A stretch of DNA of 37,809 nucleotides from Candidatus Eiseniibacteriota bacterium (GTDB lineage: Bacteria > Eisenbacteria > RBG-16-71-46 > SZUA-252), in assembly GCA_031370645.1 (NCBI GenBank), contig JANMQV010000060.1, forward strand, positions 1 to 37,809. Direction: 5' to 3'. A program made the position numbers and the translations under genes. Shown one piece after another: positions 26,154-35,325 of this stretch. The stretch's first letter is position 1. Each line of letters begins with the position of its first letter. The notes below the pieces were generated by a model. The model had not been told where the DNA came from. It saw nothing but the letters and a program-made list of their open reading frames with translations, and did no database searches.

Positions 26154-27389
26154 TCATACCTCGACTCGGAGCGGAATCGGCGGCCCCGCTCCCCGCTCCG
26201 GCTCTTCGATCCTCGGCCAAAGGCCGAGCAGAACGACAAAGAAGACCGCTCCCGACAGAAAGAAGACCGCGCGAATTCCGAACACCCCGGCCAGCGCCCC
26301 GCCCACCAGCGGCCCCATCATGTTTCCCATCATGAGCGCGGTGGAAGTCACCCCCAGCGTGCCGGCACGGCGGTTCTCCGGCGCCCGAAGCCCGATCATC
26401 GCGTGCACGGAGGGGATGATCCCTCCGATCATGAGACCGTAGGGAATGCGGAGGACGAACAGATGCCAGGGCGCCATCGCAAAGCCCTGGGGCACCGCGA
26501 AGATTCCGGCGCCAAGGAGCGCCCGCTTCAGGGTTGCCCGGTATCCCTGCTTGTCGCTCCGCCTTCCCCACCGCGGCGACGCGATGATGTTCGCCACACC
26601 CGTGACGGCGAGGATCGCGCCGGTCGTGGTGGCGATGAGGCGGCCGTGTGCGCCGAGTTCCTCCACGAAGAGCGCCATGATCGGCACGAGCGACATGAGG
26701 GCGAACTGGCTCAGCAGGAGGACGAAGAAGAGAATTCGGATTTGCGGCGTGCCGAAGACGAATTTGTAGTTCTCCACGATCTGCTCGATGCCGCCCTCCG
26801 GCTTCGGCTTCTCGGCCTCCCGCACCAGGAGCCAGACCACGATCCCGCCGAGGAGATTGAAGCCCGCCGTGATGAAGAAGATGTAACGCATCCCGATCAA
26901 ATCGGAGAGCACGCCGCCGACGAGGGGTCCGATGATAGTCCCGCTCGGAATCGCGGTTTGAAGCGAGCCGAGCGCGTAACCCATCTTCTCCCGCGGCGCC
27001 GTCGTAACGACGAGCGCGACCGCCGCGGCGACAAAGCCGCTGATGGCGCCCTGCAGGAGCCGAAGGAGCAGGAGCTGGCTCGGCGAGGTGGCGAAGCCCA
27101 TCACCGCCGTGATGAGCGCGAGCCCGAATGAGGCGCGCATCACCATCAGCTTCCGCCCATGGCGATCGCCGAAGTAGCCCCAGATGGGAGTGGCGATGAC
27201 CGCGGCAAAGAAGGGAGCGGCGTAGATGAGCCCGCTCATCGTCTCGAGTTCGCCTTTGCCGGTGACGCCGAGGGATCGGAGGTAGAGGGGGAGGAACGGG
27301 AGGAACATGCTCATGCCGAGCATGGTGAGGAACTGCGCTAGCCAAAGGGCGCCGAGCGTTCGCCTCCAGGGGGCCGCGGCCGGGCCCAT
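26154..27389 (-). CDS. MFS transporter (DHA1, MdtG-like)
   Basis: About 12 hydrophobic segments; WGYFGDRHGRKLM motif A, LRLLQG, GPLVGG, second repeat WGRRSDKQG. Confidence 0.92.
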   Translation of the reverse strand: MGPAAAPWRRTLGALWLAQFLTMLGMSMFLPFLPLYLRSLGVTGKGELETMSGLIYAAPFFAAVIATPIWGYFGDRHGRKLMVMRASFGLALITAVMGFATSPSQLLLLRLLQGAISGFVAAAVALVVTTAPREKMGYALGSLQTAIPSGTIIGPLVGGVLSDLIGMRYIFFITAGFNLLGGIVVWLLVREAEKPKPEGGIEQIVENYKFVFGTPQIRILFFVLLLSQFALMSLVPIMALFVEELGAHGRLIATTTGAILAVTGVANIIASPRWGRRSDKQGYRATLKRALLGAGIFAVPQGFAMAPWHLFVLRIPYGLMIGGIIPSVHAMIGLRAPENRRAGTLGVTSTALMMGNMMGPLVGGALAGVFGIRAVFFLSGAVFFVVLLGLWPRIEEPERGAGPPIPLRVEV

Positions 27390-27426
27390 GCCGAGCGAGT
27401 CGCCGATGAAACTCAGGCGGCCGCCG

Positions 27427-27777
27427 CTACGCCGGCCCGCCCTCGAGCGCGCTCAGGCACGCGTCGCAAGGGCAGATGCGTCGGAGGTAGTCGTAGGAAT
27501 AGATCCCCGTCGTGTGGCCGTCGCTCCAATCGAAGTGAAGCGCGTACTGCCCGACCGTGCGCGCCGCGGAAACGGCGACGTCGGGATTCACGTGCTCCTC
27601 GAACACCAGGCGCTGGCCGCTCATCTCGCTCACGCACTGGGCGCAGGGACAGCGTCCGCGAAGGTAGCGGGCACCGTAGACGCTCTCGTGTCCATCGGCC
27701 CACGCCACGGTGAATCGCTCGCTCCCCTTCTTTCGAAGTCCGACCGGTGTTGTCTGCTCGGGGGTGAGCGGCGGCAC
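27427..27777 (-). CDS. DUF971 (GBBH-like N-terminal) domain protein
   Basis: WADGHES...YLRGRCPCAQC, VGQYALHFDWSDGHTTGIYSYDYLR; additional C-terminal CPCDAC. Confidence 0.9.
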   Translation of the reverse strand: MPPLTPEQTTPVGLRKKGSERFTVAWADGHESVYGARYLRGRCPCAQCVSEMSGQRLVFEEHVNPDVAVSAARTVGQYALHFDWSDGHTTGIYSYDYLRRICPCDACLSALEGGPA

Positions 27778-27778
27778 G

Positions 27779-28864
27779 CTACTCCTCCACGATCGAGAGT
27801 GCGATGTTCTTGAATGCCTGCATGCTCACCTGCTGCGCCAATTTGCCGGTGATTTCTCGGAAGGCGAGGCCCGCGGGCGACTCCGGTTCGGCGATCGAGA
27901 CCGGCGTTCCCTTGTCGGCGTAGCGGCGGATGGCGATATCGAGCGGGATTTCGCCGAGGAACGGAATCTTCATCGACTCGGCGGCCTTCCTCGCGCCGCC
28001 GTGCCCGAAGAGTTCGTCGCGCTCGCCGCAGTGAGGGCAGAGGTAGTACGACATGTTTTCCACGATGCCGAGAATCGGCACCTTCGTCTGTTGCAGCATG
28101 CGAAGCGTCTTCATGGAAATCTGAAGCCCCACGTCCTGCGGCGTCGAAACGATGACGGCACCGGTCACCGGGACCGTCTGCACCAGCGTCAAGTGAACGT
28201 CGCCCGTTCCAGGCGGGAGGTCGACAACCAGGTAGTCGAGCTCTCCCCAATTGACGCCGAGGAGACACTGCTGGAGCGCCTTGTGCGCCATCGGCCCGCG
28301 CCAGATGAGCGGCTGATCGCCCGGCGTGAGGTAGCCCATCGACATGAGGCGAACCCCGTGCGCCATGCCGGGCTGGATCGTGTTATCGGCGAGGGGCTCG
28401 GCGGGTGTCCCGGTCTGCATCATGATCGGGATGCTAGGGCCGTAGATGTCGGCGTCCAGGAGCCCTACACGGGCGCCGCTCGATGCGAGAGAGGCGGCGA
28501 TGTTGGCGGCGACCGTCGACTTCCCCACGCCTCCCTTGCCGCTTCCGACCGCGATGATGTTCTTCACGGTCTTCAGGGCGGAGGTGTCTGGGGCCTGCGC
28601 GCGGCGGACTTCCGCCGTCATGTTGACTCGCACATCGGTCGCGCCGGGAACCTTCGTCAGCACCGCCTGCCGCGACTGATCACGGAGCTTCTCCTTCACC
28701 GGACAGGCGGGGGTCGTGAGATTGACGTCGAACGCGACGACGCTCCCTTCGATCTTCATGTTTCGAATGAAGCCGAGGGAAACGATGTCTCGGTGGAGAT
28801 CCGGATCCATCACGGACCGGAGGGCATCCAAGATTTGTGCTTCGGTGATGGCGGGACCGGTCAT
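27779..28864 (-). CDS. mrp: Mrp/NBP35 (ApbC) Fe-S cluster carrier ATPase with N-terminal DUF59 domain
   Basis: DPDLHRDIVSLG...LTTPACP (DUF59), GSGKGGVGKST, DADIYGPS, WRGPM, DLPPGTGD, ENMS..CPHC. Start taken at ATG 28864. Confidence 0.95.
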   Translation of the reverse strand: MTGPAITEAQILDALRSVMDPDLHRDIVSLGFIRNMKIEGSVVAFDVNLTTPACPVKEKLRDQSRQAVLTKVPGATDVRVNMTAEVRRAQAPDTSALKTVKNIIAVGSGKGGVGKSTVAANIAASLASSGARVGLLDADIYGPSIPIMMQTGTPAEPLADNTIQPGMAHGVRLMSMGYLTPGDQPLIWRGPMAHKALQQCLLGVNWGELDYLVVDLPPGTGDVHLTLVQTVPVTGAVIVSTPQDVGLQISMKTLRMLQQTKVPILGIVENMSYYLCPHCGERDELFGHGGARKAAESMKIPFLGEIPLDIAIRRYADKGTPVSIAEPESPAGLAFREITGKLAQQVSMQAFKNIALSIVEE

Positions 28865-29003
28865 GATTGCTCCACAATGGAGGTTACGGGCGAATCGGAG
28901 CGTTCGATCGTAACAGCCGCCCGAACCCGCCGGTAGGGGAATCCCCCGCCGTGGCAGAAGTTGCCGATTCACAAGACACGAGGTCCCATACCTACAGACG
29001 CCG

Positions 29004-31247
29004 ATGACGACTGAAACGATGCAGCGGGAAACCCGCCTCTCCATTCACGGTATGACCTGCGCCGGCTGCGTTTCCGCCGTGGAGCACGCGCTGAAGCGCG
29101 TCCCGGGCGTGGAGAGCGCGGCGGTCAATCTGGCGACGGAAGAGGCGCTTGTCGTCTCGGCGCCGAACGCCTCGGTTGCCGCGCTCGTGAAGGCAGTCGA
29201 GTCGGCCGGCTATCGCGCCGCGCCGCGCGCCTCGTCTTCGGGGGCCGACCGCGAACGGATGCGGATCGAGGAAGAGCACGCGAACCGACGCCGGCTCGTC
29301 CTTGCCGCCGCGTTCGGGGTTCCGCTCATGCTGGTGCATCTCTTCGTGCACGACCTGGGGCAGGCGCGCTGGCTCGGGCTCCTTCTCGCCACGCCGGTTC
29401 AGTGGATCGCCGGATGGCCGTTCCATCGGCGGACTGCCGTCGGCCTCCGGCACGGCATGTTCGACATGAACACGCTTGTCACGCTCGGGACCGGCTCGGC
29501 CTACCTCTATAGCCTCGCGGTAACGCTCGCACCGGCATGGTTCGAATCGACGGGCCTCGGCGGACACGTCTACTACGACACGGCCGCCATGATCCTCGCC
29601 TTCGTGCTCCTCGGCCGGCTCCTCGAATCGCGCGCCCGCCGGCAAACCGGCGAAGCGGTGAAGGCGCTCCTCACGCGCCGGCCCGCCACGGCGCGGCGGC
29701 TGGCGATGGCCTCCCCGCTCGCGGCGCGCGAGGAGACGCCGCTCGAGAAGATCGTGCGGGGCGATTGGCTTGAAATCCTTCCGGGCGAGACGATCCCGGT
29801 CGACGGCCTGATCGAGCAGGGCTCGACCGAAGTGGACGAATCGATGCTGACCGGCGAGCCGCTCCCGGTGGCGCGCGCCGTCGGCGATCCGCTCGCCGCG
29901 GGAACGGTGAATCGCTCGGCTCCGGTCCTTCTTCGCGCCACGCGCGTCGGCGACGACACGACGCTCGCGCGCATCGTCCGCCTCGTCGAGGAAGCGCAAG
30001 GCGGAAAAGCACCGCTCCAAGCACTCGCCGATCGCGTCGCGGGGCGTTTCGTTCCCGCCGTACTCCTGATCGCGCTCGTGACGGCGACGCTCTGGCTCTT
30101 CCTCGGCCCGCCTCCGCCCATTCGCTATGCGCTCGTCGCGTTCGTCTCCGTTCTCATCATCGCCTGCCCCTGCGCCATGGGTCTCGCCACGCCGACCGCG
30201 ATCCTCGTCGGCACTGGAGTCGGCGCGCGGCGCGGGATTCTCCTTCGCGGCGGCGAAATCCTGGAGCGCGTCGGATCGCTCTCAGTGGTGGTCCTCGACA
30301 AGACAGGGACGCTCACGAAGGGCGAGCCGGCCGTCACGCGGTTCCTCGCCGCGCCGGGTGAGGACGCCGCGCGCGTCCTTCGCCAAGCGGCCGCGATCGA
30401 ATTGGGATCCGAGCATCCGATCGCGCGAGCGATCGTCCGCCACGCCCGGTCCGGCGCCGGCGCCTCCGCCCTCCCCTTCGCCGAAGGCGTGAACGTCATC
30501 CCGGGCCACGGAGCGCAGGGACGAGTGGGCGACGTCTCCGTACGCGTCGGCTCGTTCGGATTCGCCGCCTTCGCCGGGCGCGCGGCGGAGGAACTCCTCG
30601 CGGCAGCCGAAGCCGCGGCGGAGCGGGGCGAGACGGTAGCGTGGGTCGGCGTCGGGCAGACGACAGCGGGGCTCTTCGCGCTGGAGGACGCCCCGCGCGA
30701 GGAGGCGGCCGAGGCAGCCGCGCGCCTCAGGCGCCGCGGCTTGAGGCTCGTGCTCGCGACAGGCGACCGCGAGGCGCCGGCCAAGCGACTCGCCGCCTCG
30801 CTCGGTATCGAGGAGGTTCACGCCTCGCTCAGCCCCGAGGACAAAGTGGCATTGGTCCGACGACTTCAGGAAGGGGGCACCTCGGTGGCGATGGTCGGCG
30901 ATGGACTGAATGACGCGGCGGCGCTCGCGGCGGCGGACGTCGGGATCGCGATCGGAAGCGGCACCGACGTCGCCATGGAGGCGGCCGATATCACGCTCGT
31001 CCGCGGCGGCCTCGGCGCCATCGCCGACGCCCTCGACCTCTCGCGCCGCACCCGGCGGACCATTCTTCAAAATCTCGGCTGGGCCTTCGGCTACAACGTG
31101 ATCGCCATTCCGCTCGCGGCCGGCGCCCTCTTCCCCTTCACCGGCTGGCTCCTCCATCCGACGGTGGCGTCGGCGGCGATGGCCCTGAGCAGCGTCTCCG
31201 TCGTGGGAAATAGCCTCCGGCTCCGCGGGTGGAAACCGGGCCGGTAA
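29004..31247 (+). CDS. copA: Cu(I)-translocating P1B-type ATPase
   Basis: HMA GMTCAGC, TGE, CPC, DKTGT, SEHP, GDGLND, TM YN...P and MALSS motifs (P1B-1 type). Confidence 0.93.
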   Translation: MTTETMQRETRLSIHGMTCAGCVSAVEHALKRVPGVESAAVNLATEEALVVSAPNASVAALVKAVESAGYRAAPRASSSGADRERMRIEEEHANRRRLVLAAAFGVPLMLVHLFVHDLGQARWLGLLLATPVQWIAGWPFHRRTAVGLRHGMFDMNTLVTLGTGSAYLYSLAVTLAPAWFESTGLGGHVYYDTAAMILAFVLLGRLLESRARRQTGEAVKALLTRRPATARRLAMASPLAAREETPLEKIVRGDWLEILPGETIPVDGLIEQGSTEVDESMLTGEPLPVARAVGDPLAAGTVNRSAPVLLRATRVGDDTTLARIVRLVEEAQGGKAPLQALADRVAGRFVPAVLLIALVTATLWLFLGPPPPIRYALVAFVSVLIIACPCAMGLATPTAILVGTGVGARRGILLRGGEILERVGSLSVVVLDKTGTLTKGEPAVTRFLAAPGEDAARVLRQAAAIELGSEHPIARAIVRHARSGAGASALPFAEGVNVIPGHGAQGRVGDVSVRVGSFGFAAFAGRAAEELLAAAEAAAERGETVAWVGVGQTTAGLFALEDAPREEAAEAAARLRRRGLRLVLATGDREAPAKRLAASLGIEEVHASLSPEDKVALVRRLQEGGTSVAMVGDGLNDAAALAAADVGIAIGSGTDVAMEAADITLVRGGLGAIADALDLSRRTRRTILQNLGWAFGYNVIAIPLAAGALFPFTGWLLHPTVASAAMALSSVSVVGNSLRLRGWKPGR

Positions 31248-31254
31248 GTCGTGA

Positions 31255-31273
31255 GGCGCCGCCTAGCGGCGCC
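31255..31273 (+). terminator. GC hairpin after copA (weak terminator or processing site)
   Basis: GGCGCCGC-cta-GCGGCGCC, 8 nt after the stop, with only CTT downstream. Confidence 0.35.
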
Positions 31274-31368
31274 CTTACCACTATGGTAGAGTTTCGGGCT
31301 GGCGTGTCGCGCCACCGTGCGGCAACCGGGTATCCGCCGCGCGACCGAGTCGACCTCAGGAGGGCTGC

Positions 31369-32334
31369 ATGGCCGTTTCGACCGACGAGATGAAAGGCCT
31401 CTACTACTACATCAATCTCGTCCGGCAGGTGGATGAGCGCTGCCGGCGTCTCTTCAAGCAGGGCCGGTTCCAGGGGACGTTCTTCAGCGCGGTCGGTCAG
31501 GAAGCGACCGTGGTCGGTCCCTGCTACGGACTCCGCCCCGACGACTTCATCGGCATTCAGCATCGCGAGATCGGCGCCGTCATCACGAAGGGGATGCCGA
31601 TCAAGTACCTCATGGCGCAGCTCTTCGCGCGGAAGGATAGCCCCGACCGCGGCAAGAGCCATCCTTGCCACTACGGCTGGAAGCCGATGGGGATCGTCAC
31701 GCCCGCCTCGACCATCGCCGCGCAGACCGTGATCGTCACCGGCTCGGCGCTCGCCTGGAAGATCCAGAAAAAGGACAACGCCTGTGTCTGCTTCGTGGGC
31801 GAAGGCGCCACGTCGAACGGCGTCTGGCACGAAGCCTTGAACTTTGCCGCCATTCACAAACTCGCCTGCGTCTTCGTCGTGCAGAACAACCTCTGGGCCG
31901 AGTCGGTCCCCGCGAGCCTCGGAATGCCGATCGAGAATGCCTCGGATCGCGCGAAGGCCTACGGCATGCCGGGCATCACCATCGACGGCAACGACCTCCT
32001 CCTCACCTACGAGACGACGCACGAAGCGATTCGCCGCGCGCGCCGCGGAGAGGGGCCGAGTCTCATCGAGATGAAGACCTATCGCTGGTACGGCCACTCG
32101 GAGATCGATCCGGCCAACTACCGGAGCGCCGAGGAAGTCGAATACTGGAAGAAGCGGGATCCGCTTCCGCGGTACGAGCGGCTTCTGATGGAGCGCGGCA
32201 TCATCGACGAGACCTACAAGCAGGCGACGCTCCAGCGGATCGAGCGGGAGATCGAAGAGGCGATCGATTTCGCCGAACGCTCGCCGCATCCCGACGTCAG
32301 CGAGATCATGGAGGACGTCTACGCCCCGCTCTAA
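31369..32334 (+). CDS. 2-oxoacid dehydrogenase E1 alpha subunit (branched-chain/pyruvate type)
   Basis: GQEA, TPP motif GEGATSNG...QNN, YRWYGHS..D, KRDP; RBS AGGAGG. Confidence 0.93.
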   Translation: MAVSTDEMKGLYYYINLVRQVDERCRRLFKQGRFQGTFFSAVGQEATVVGPCYGLRPDDFIGIQHREIGAVITKGMPIKYLMAQLFARKDSPDRGKSHPCHYGWKPMGIVTPASTIAAQTVIVTGSALAWKIQKKDNACVCFVGEGATSNGVWHEALNFAAIHKLACVFVVQNNLWAESVPASLGMPIENASDRAKAYGMPGITIDGNDLLLTYETTHEAIRRARRGEGPSLIEMKTYRWYGHSEIDPANYRSAEEVEYWKKRDPLPRYERLLMERGIIDETYKQATLQRIEREIEEAIDFAERSPHPDVSEIMEDVYAPL

Positions 32335-32341
32335 TGGCCGT

Positions 32342-32899
32342 ATGGGTAGCCCTACGGGGAGCCACGCGGGGGGGCGCGCCCCGGCGCGCGGGAGTGGCAC
32401 GAGCGCCGTCCCGGGCAAGGCACCGCGCGAATCGCGCGTCGACATGGTGCAACTCGTGCTGCCGAACGACGCGAACACGCTCGGAAACGTCCTCGGCGGG
32501 ATGGTGCTTCACTGGATCGACCTGGCGGCCGCAGTCGTGGCGCACCGCCACTGTCGCACTCAATGTGTCACCGCTTCGATCGACCAGGTGTCGTTCGAGG
32601 CGCCGATCAAAGTGGGGCAACTGGCCCTCATCACGGGCCGCATGACCTACGCCGGCCGCACCTCGATGGAGATCCGCGTGGACGTTCAATGCGAGGATCT
32701 CCTGACGGCGCGCCGGGTCCAAACGAGCACGGCATATCTGACCTTTGTCGCCATCGACAAGAAGGGGCGGCCGGTCCCGGTGCCTCCGTTGCTCCTGGAA
32801 ACCGAACACGAACGACGGGAAGCGCGCGCGGCGGAAGCGCGGCGCGCGGCGCGCCTGAAGAACGTCCACCACGCCGATAGGGAGATACCGCATCGATGA
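32342..32899 (+). CDS. Acyl-CoA thioesterase (hotdog fold, YciA-like)
   Basis: VLPNDANTLGNVLGG..L.WIDLAA, VTASID.VSF..PI, GRTSMEI, YLTFVAID..GRP.PVP. Confidence 0.93.
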   Translation: MGSPTGSHAGGRAPARGSGTSAVPGKAPRESRVDMVQLVLPNDANTLGNVLGGMVLHWIDLAAAVVAHRHCRTQCVTASIDQVSFEAPIKVGQLALITGRMTYAGRTSMEIRVDVQCEDLLTARRVQTSTAYLTFVAIDKKGRPVPVPPLLLETEHERREARAAEARRAARLKNVHHADREIPHR

Positions 32900-33927
32900 A
32901 AACGATGGATAGCGCCCCGGCCCCGGCCGCCGCGCCGAGCGACACCCAGACGATCAACCTCATCGAGGCCATCAACCAGGGGTTGGCCGAGGAGATGGAG
33001 CGCGACGAGCGCATCTTCCTCATCGGCGAAGACATCGCGAGCTACGGCGGTGTGTTCAAGGCGACGAAGAATCTCTACGAGCGCTTCGGACCGCTCCGGG
33101 TCATCGACAGCCCGATCTCCGAGAACTTCCTGGTGCAGGGCGCCGTGGGCGCGGCACTGGCGGGGCTCATCCCCTCGCCCGAGATCCAGTTCGACGACTT
33201 CACGTCGCTCGCGGTGGACGGCATCGTCGAGCACGCGGCCAAGATGCGCTACCGCTCGGGCGGAATGTGGACCTGCCCCATGGTGATCCGCGTCTGCTGC
33301 GGCGCGGGCGTCGGCGGCGGGCTCTATCACTCGCAGTTCAACGCCTCCTGGTTCATGCACAGCCCCGGCCTCGTGGTCGTCGCACCTTCGAATCCGTACG
33401 ACGCGAAGGGACTCCTGAAGTCGGCGTTCCGCGGCCAGAACCCGGTCCTCTTCTACGAACACAAGCGCCTCTACCGCACGGTGAAGCAGGCGATTCCGAA
33501 GGGCGACTATGTCGTTCCGCTCGGCAAGGCCGCCGTGGCCCGCGAAGGCAAGCACGTCACGATCGTCTCCTACGCGCTCATGCTCCAGCGCTCGCTCGAA
33601 GCCGCGAACAAGCTCGCGGCCGAGGGGATTGAAGCGGAGGTCATCGATCTCAGAACGCTCGTGCCGTACGATCACGAGACGATCTTGAATTCCGTGAAGA
33701 AGACGTCGCGCTGCGCGGTCGTCTATGAAAGCAGCCGGACGATGGGAGTCGGAGCGGAGATCTCCGCCATGGTCGCCGAGGAGGGCTTCGCCTACCTCGA
33801 CGCGCCGGTAATCCGGATCTCGCCGCCCGACGCGCCTCAGGAGCCGTTCGCGGCGTCGATGGCCGATCACTATTTGCCGAACGCCGACCGGATCGCGCAA
33901 TCGATCCGCGAGCTGGTCGCCTACTAG
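32896..33927 (+). CDS. 2-oxoacid dehydrogenase E1 beta subunit
   Basis: GEDI..YGGVFKAT, RVIDSPISE, EIQFDDF, GGLYHSQ, DAKGLL, EVIDLRTL. Confidence 0.94.
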   Translation: MKTMDSAPAPAAAPSDTQTINLIEAINQGLAEEMERDERIFLIGEDIASYGGVFKATKNLYERFGPLRVIDSPISENFLVQGAVGAALAGLIPSPEIQFDDFTSLAVDGIVEHAAKMRYRSGGMWTCPMVIRVCCGAGVGGGLYHSQFNASWFMHSPGLVVVAPSNPYDAKGLLKSAFRGQNPVLFYEHKRLYRTVKQAIPKGDYVVPLGKAAVAREGKHVTIVSYALMLQRSLEAANKLAAEGIEAEVIDLRTLVPYDHETILNSVKKTSRCAVVYESSRTMGVGAEISAMVAEEGFAYLDAPVIRISPPDAPQEPFAASMADHYLPNADRIAQSIRELVAY

Positions 33928-33953
33928 GCCCTTCGGGCCCATCGGGAGGAAGG

Positions 33954-35315
33954 ATGCCTACCACCGTCATCGTGCCGCAACTCGGCGAGAGCGTGGTCGA
34001 AGGGACGATCGGAAAGTGGCTGAAGAAAGTCGGCGATCCGATCGCCAAGGACGAACCGATCGTCGAGATCATCACCGATAAGATCAACATCGAGCTTCCG
34101 GCGCCGATCGCCGGCACACTCGGAAAGATCACCGTGGCCGAGGGAGTCGTCGCGCAGGTCGGCGACGAGCTGGCCGTGATACTCGCGCCCGGCGAATCGC
34201 TCGGCGCGGCGGGGAACGCCCCGGCCCCCTCCTCAACCGCTCCGGCCCCGAGTCATTCGACCGTCACGCACGCCGCGCCGGTGCCGAGTTATGCGCCGTC
34301 CGCTTCGTCCACCGCGACCCTTCCCGAACCTCCTTCCACCGACGGGATGCGACTTTCGCCCGCCGTCCGGAAGCTGGTGAAAGAGCATGGCGTCGACGTG
34401 GCGCAGATTCGCGGATCGGGCATGGGTGGTCGCGTCACGCGCGAGGATGTCCTCACGCACATGGAAGCGCGAAAGCTGGCGCCCGGACTACCAGGCGCCA
34501 TGGCCGCACCGGGCGGAATGGCTCCCGCCATGGCCGGCGCGACGATGTCACCCGCTCCCGCACCCCGTCCGCTCAAGGCGATTCCCGCCGCGGTAGTATC
34601 GGCGGCCGGATCGCGCGAGGAAGTCGTTCAGCCGCTCACGACGCTTCGGAAGAAGATCGCCGAGAACATGTCGAAGTCGCGCCACACCGCCGCGCACTGC
34701 TCGGTGACCGACGAGGTCGACATGACGGCGCTGGTGGAACTGCGCGGACGTCTCAAAGAAAAGGTGAAGGCCGACTACGGCGTGAACCTGACCTACATGC
34801 CCTTCATCACGAAGGCGGTGGTCCGCGCGCTGAAGGAATATCCGGTTCTGAACGCCTCCATGACGGAGACCGACGCGCGGTTCAAGAAGTACTACAGCAT
34901 CGGCATGGCCGTGCACCGCGAGCAGGGTCTCATCGTCCCGATCCTCCACGACGCCGACAAGAAGTCGCTGCTCCAGATGGCGTCGGAGATGGAAGACATG
35001 GCGGCCCGCGCGCGCGCCGAGAAATTGACGCTCAACGACATCCAGGGCGGCACCTTCACGATCACGAACGCCGGCATGTTCGGCGCCACCGCGTCGCAGC
35101 CGGTCATCAATGTTCCCGAAGTCGGCATTCTGGGCGTCCATCTCATTCAGGAGCGCGCCGTGGTGCGGGATCACCGCATCGTGGTCCGCTGGATGATGAC
35201 GGTCGTGCTCTCGTTCGATCACCGGCTCGTCGACGGCACGCCGGCGGCCCAGTTCCTTCACCGCGTGAAGGAACTCCTCGAGGATCCGGAAAGCTGGCTC
35301 CTCGATTCCATCTGA
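33954..35315 (+). CDS. Dihydrolipoamide acyltransferase (E2)
   Basis: Single lipoyl domain (EIITDKINIE), peripheral subunit-binding domain SPAVRKL...GGRVTREDV, catalytic SFDHRLVDG. Confidence 0.95.
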   Translation: MPTTVIVPQLGESVVEGTIGKWLKKVGDPIAKDEPIVEIITDKINIELPAPIAGTLGKITVAEGVVAQVGDELAVILAPGESLGAAGNAPAPSSTAPAPSHSTVTHAAPVPSYAPSASSTATLPEPPSTDGMRLSPAVRKLVKEHGVDVAQIRGSGMGGRVTREDVLTHMEARKLAPGLPGAMAAPGGMAPAMAGATMSPAPAPRPLKAIPAAVVSAAGSREEVVQPLTTLRKKIAENMSKSRHTAAHCSVTDEVDMTALVELRGRLKEKVKADYGVNLTYMPFITKAVVRALKEYPVLNASMTETDARFKKYYSIGMAVHREQGLIVPILHDADKKSLLQMASEMEDMAARARAEKLTLNDIQGGTFTITNAGMFGATASQPVINVPEVGILGVHLIQERAVVRDHRIVVRWMMTVVLSFDHRLVDGTPAAQFLHRVKELLEDPESWLLDSI

Positions 35316-35325
35316 TCGGAGCCCC

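Noticed and set aside
28930-29003. CsoR/CueR operator or a fourth sigma28 promoter (GCCGATTC) before copA
   Set aside because: There is no complete TACC...GGTA dyad, and no TAAAG/TATAG -35 at the required spacing.
11014-29044. Apparent N-terminal extensions or fusions in the ORF track (folC 748 aa, accD 473 aa, porX 569 aa, serS 668 aa, metE 478 aa, DUF4440 572 aa, mrp 421 aa)
   Set aside because: The extensions overlap neighbouring genes and are low-complexity. Family homology begins at downstream starts that coincide with RBSs, promoter elements or stop/start overlaps.
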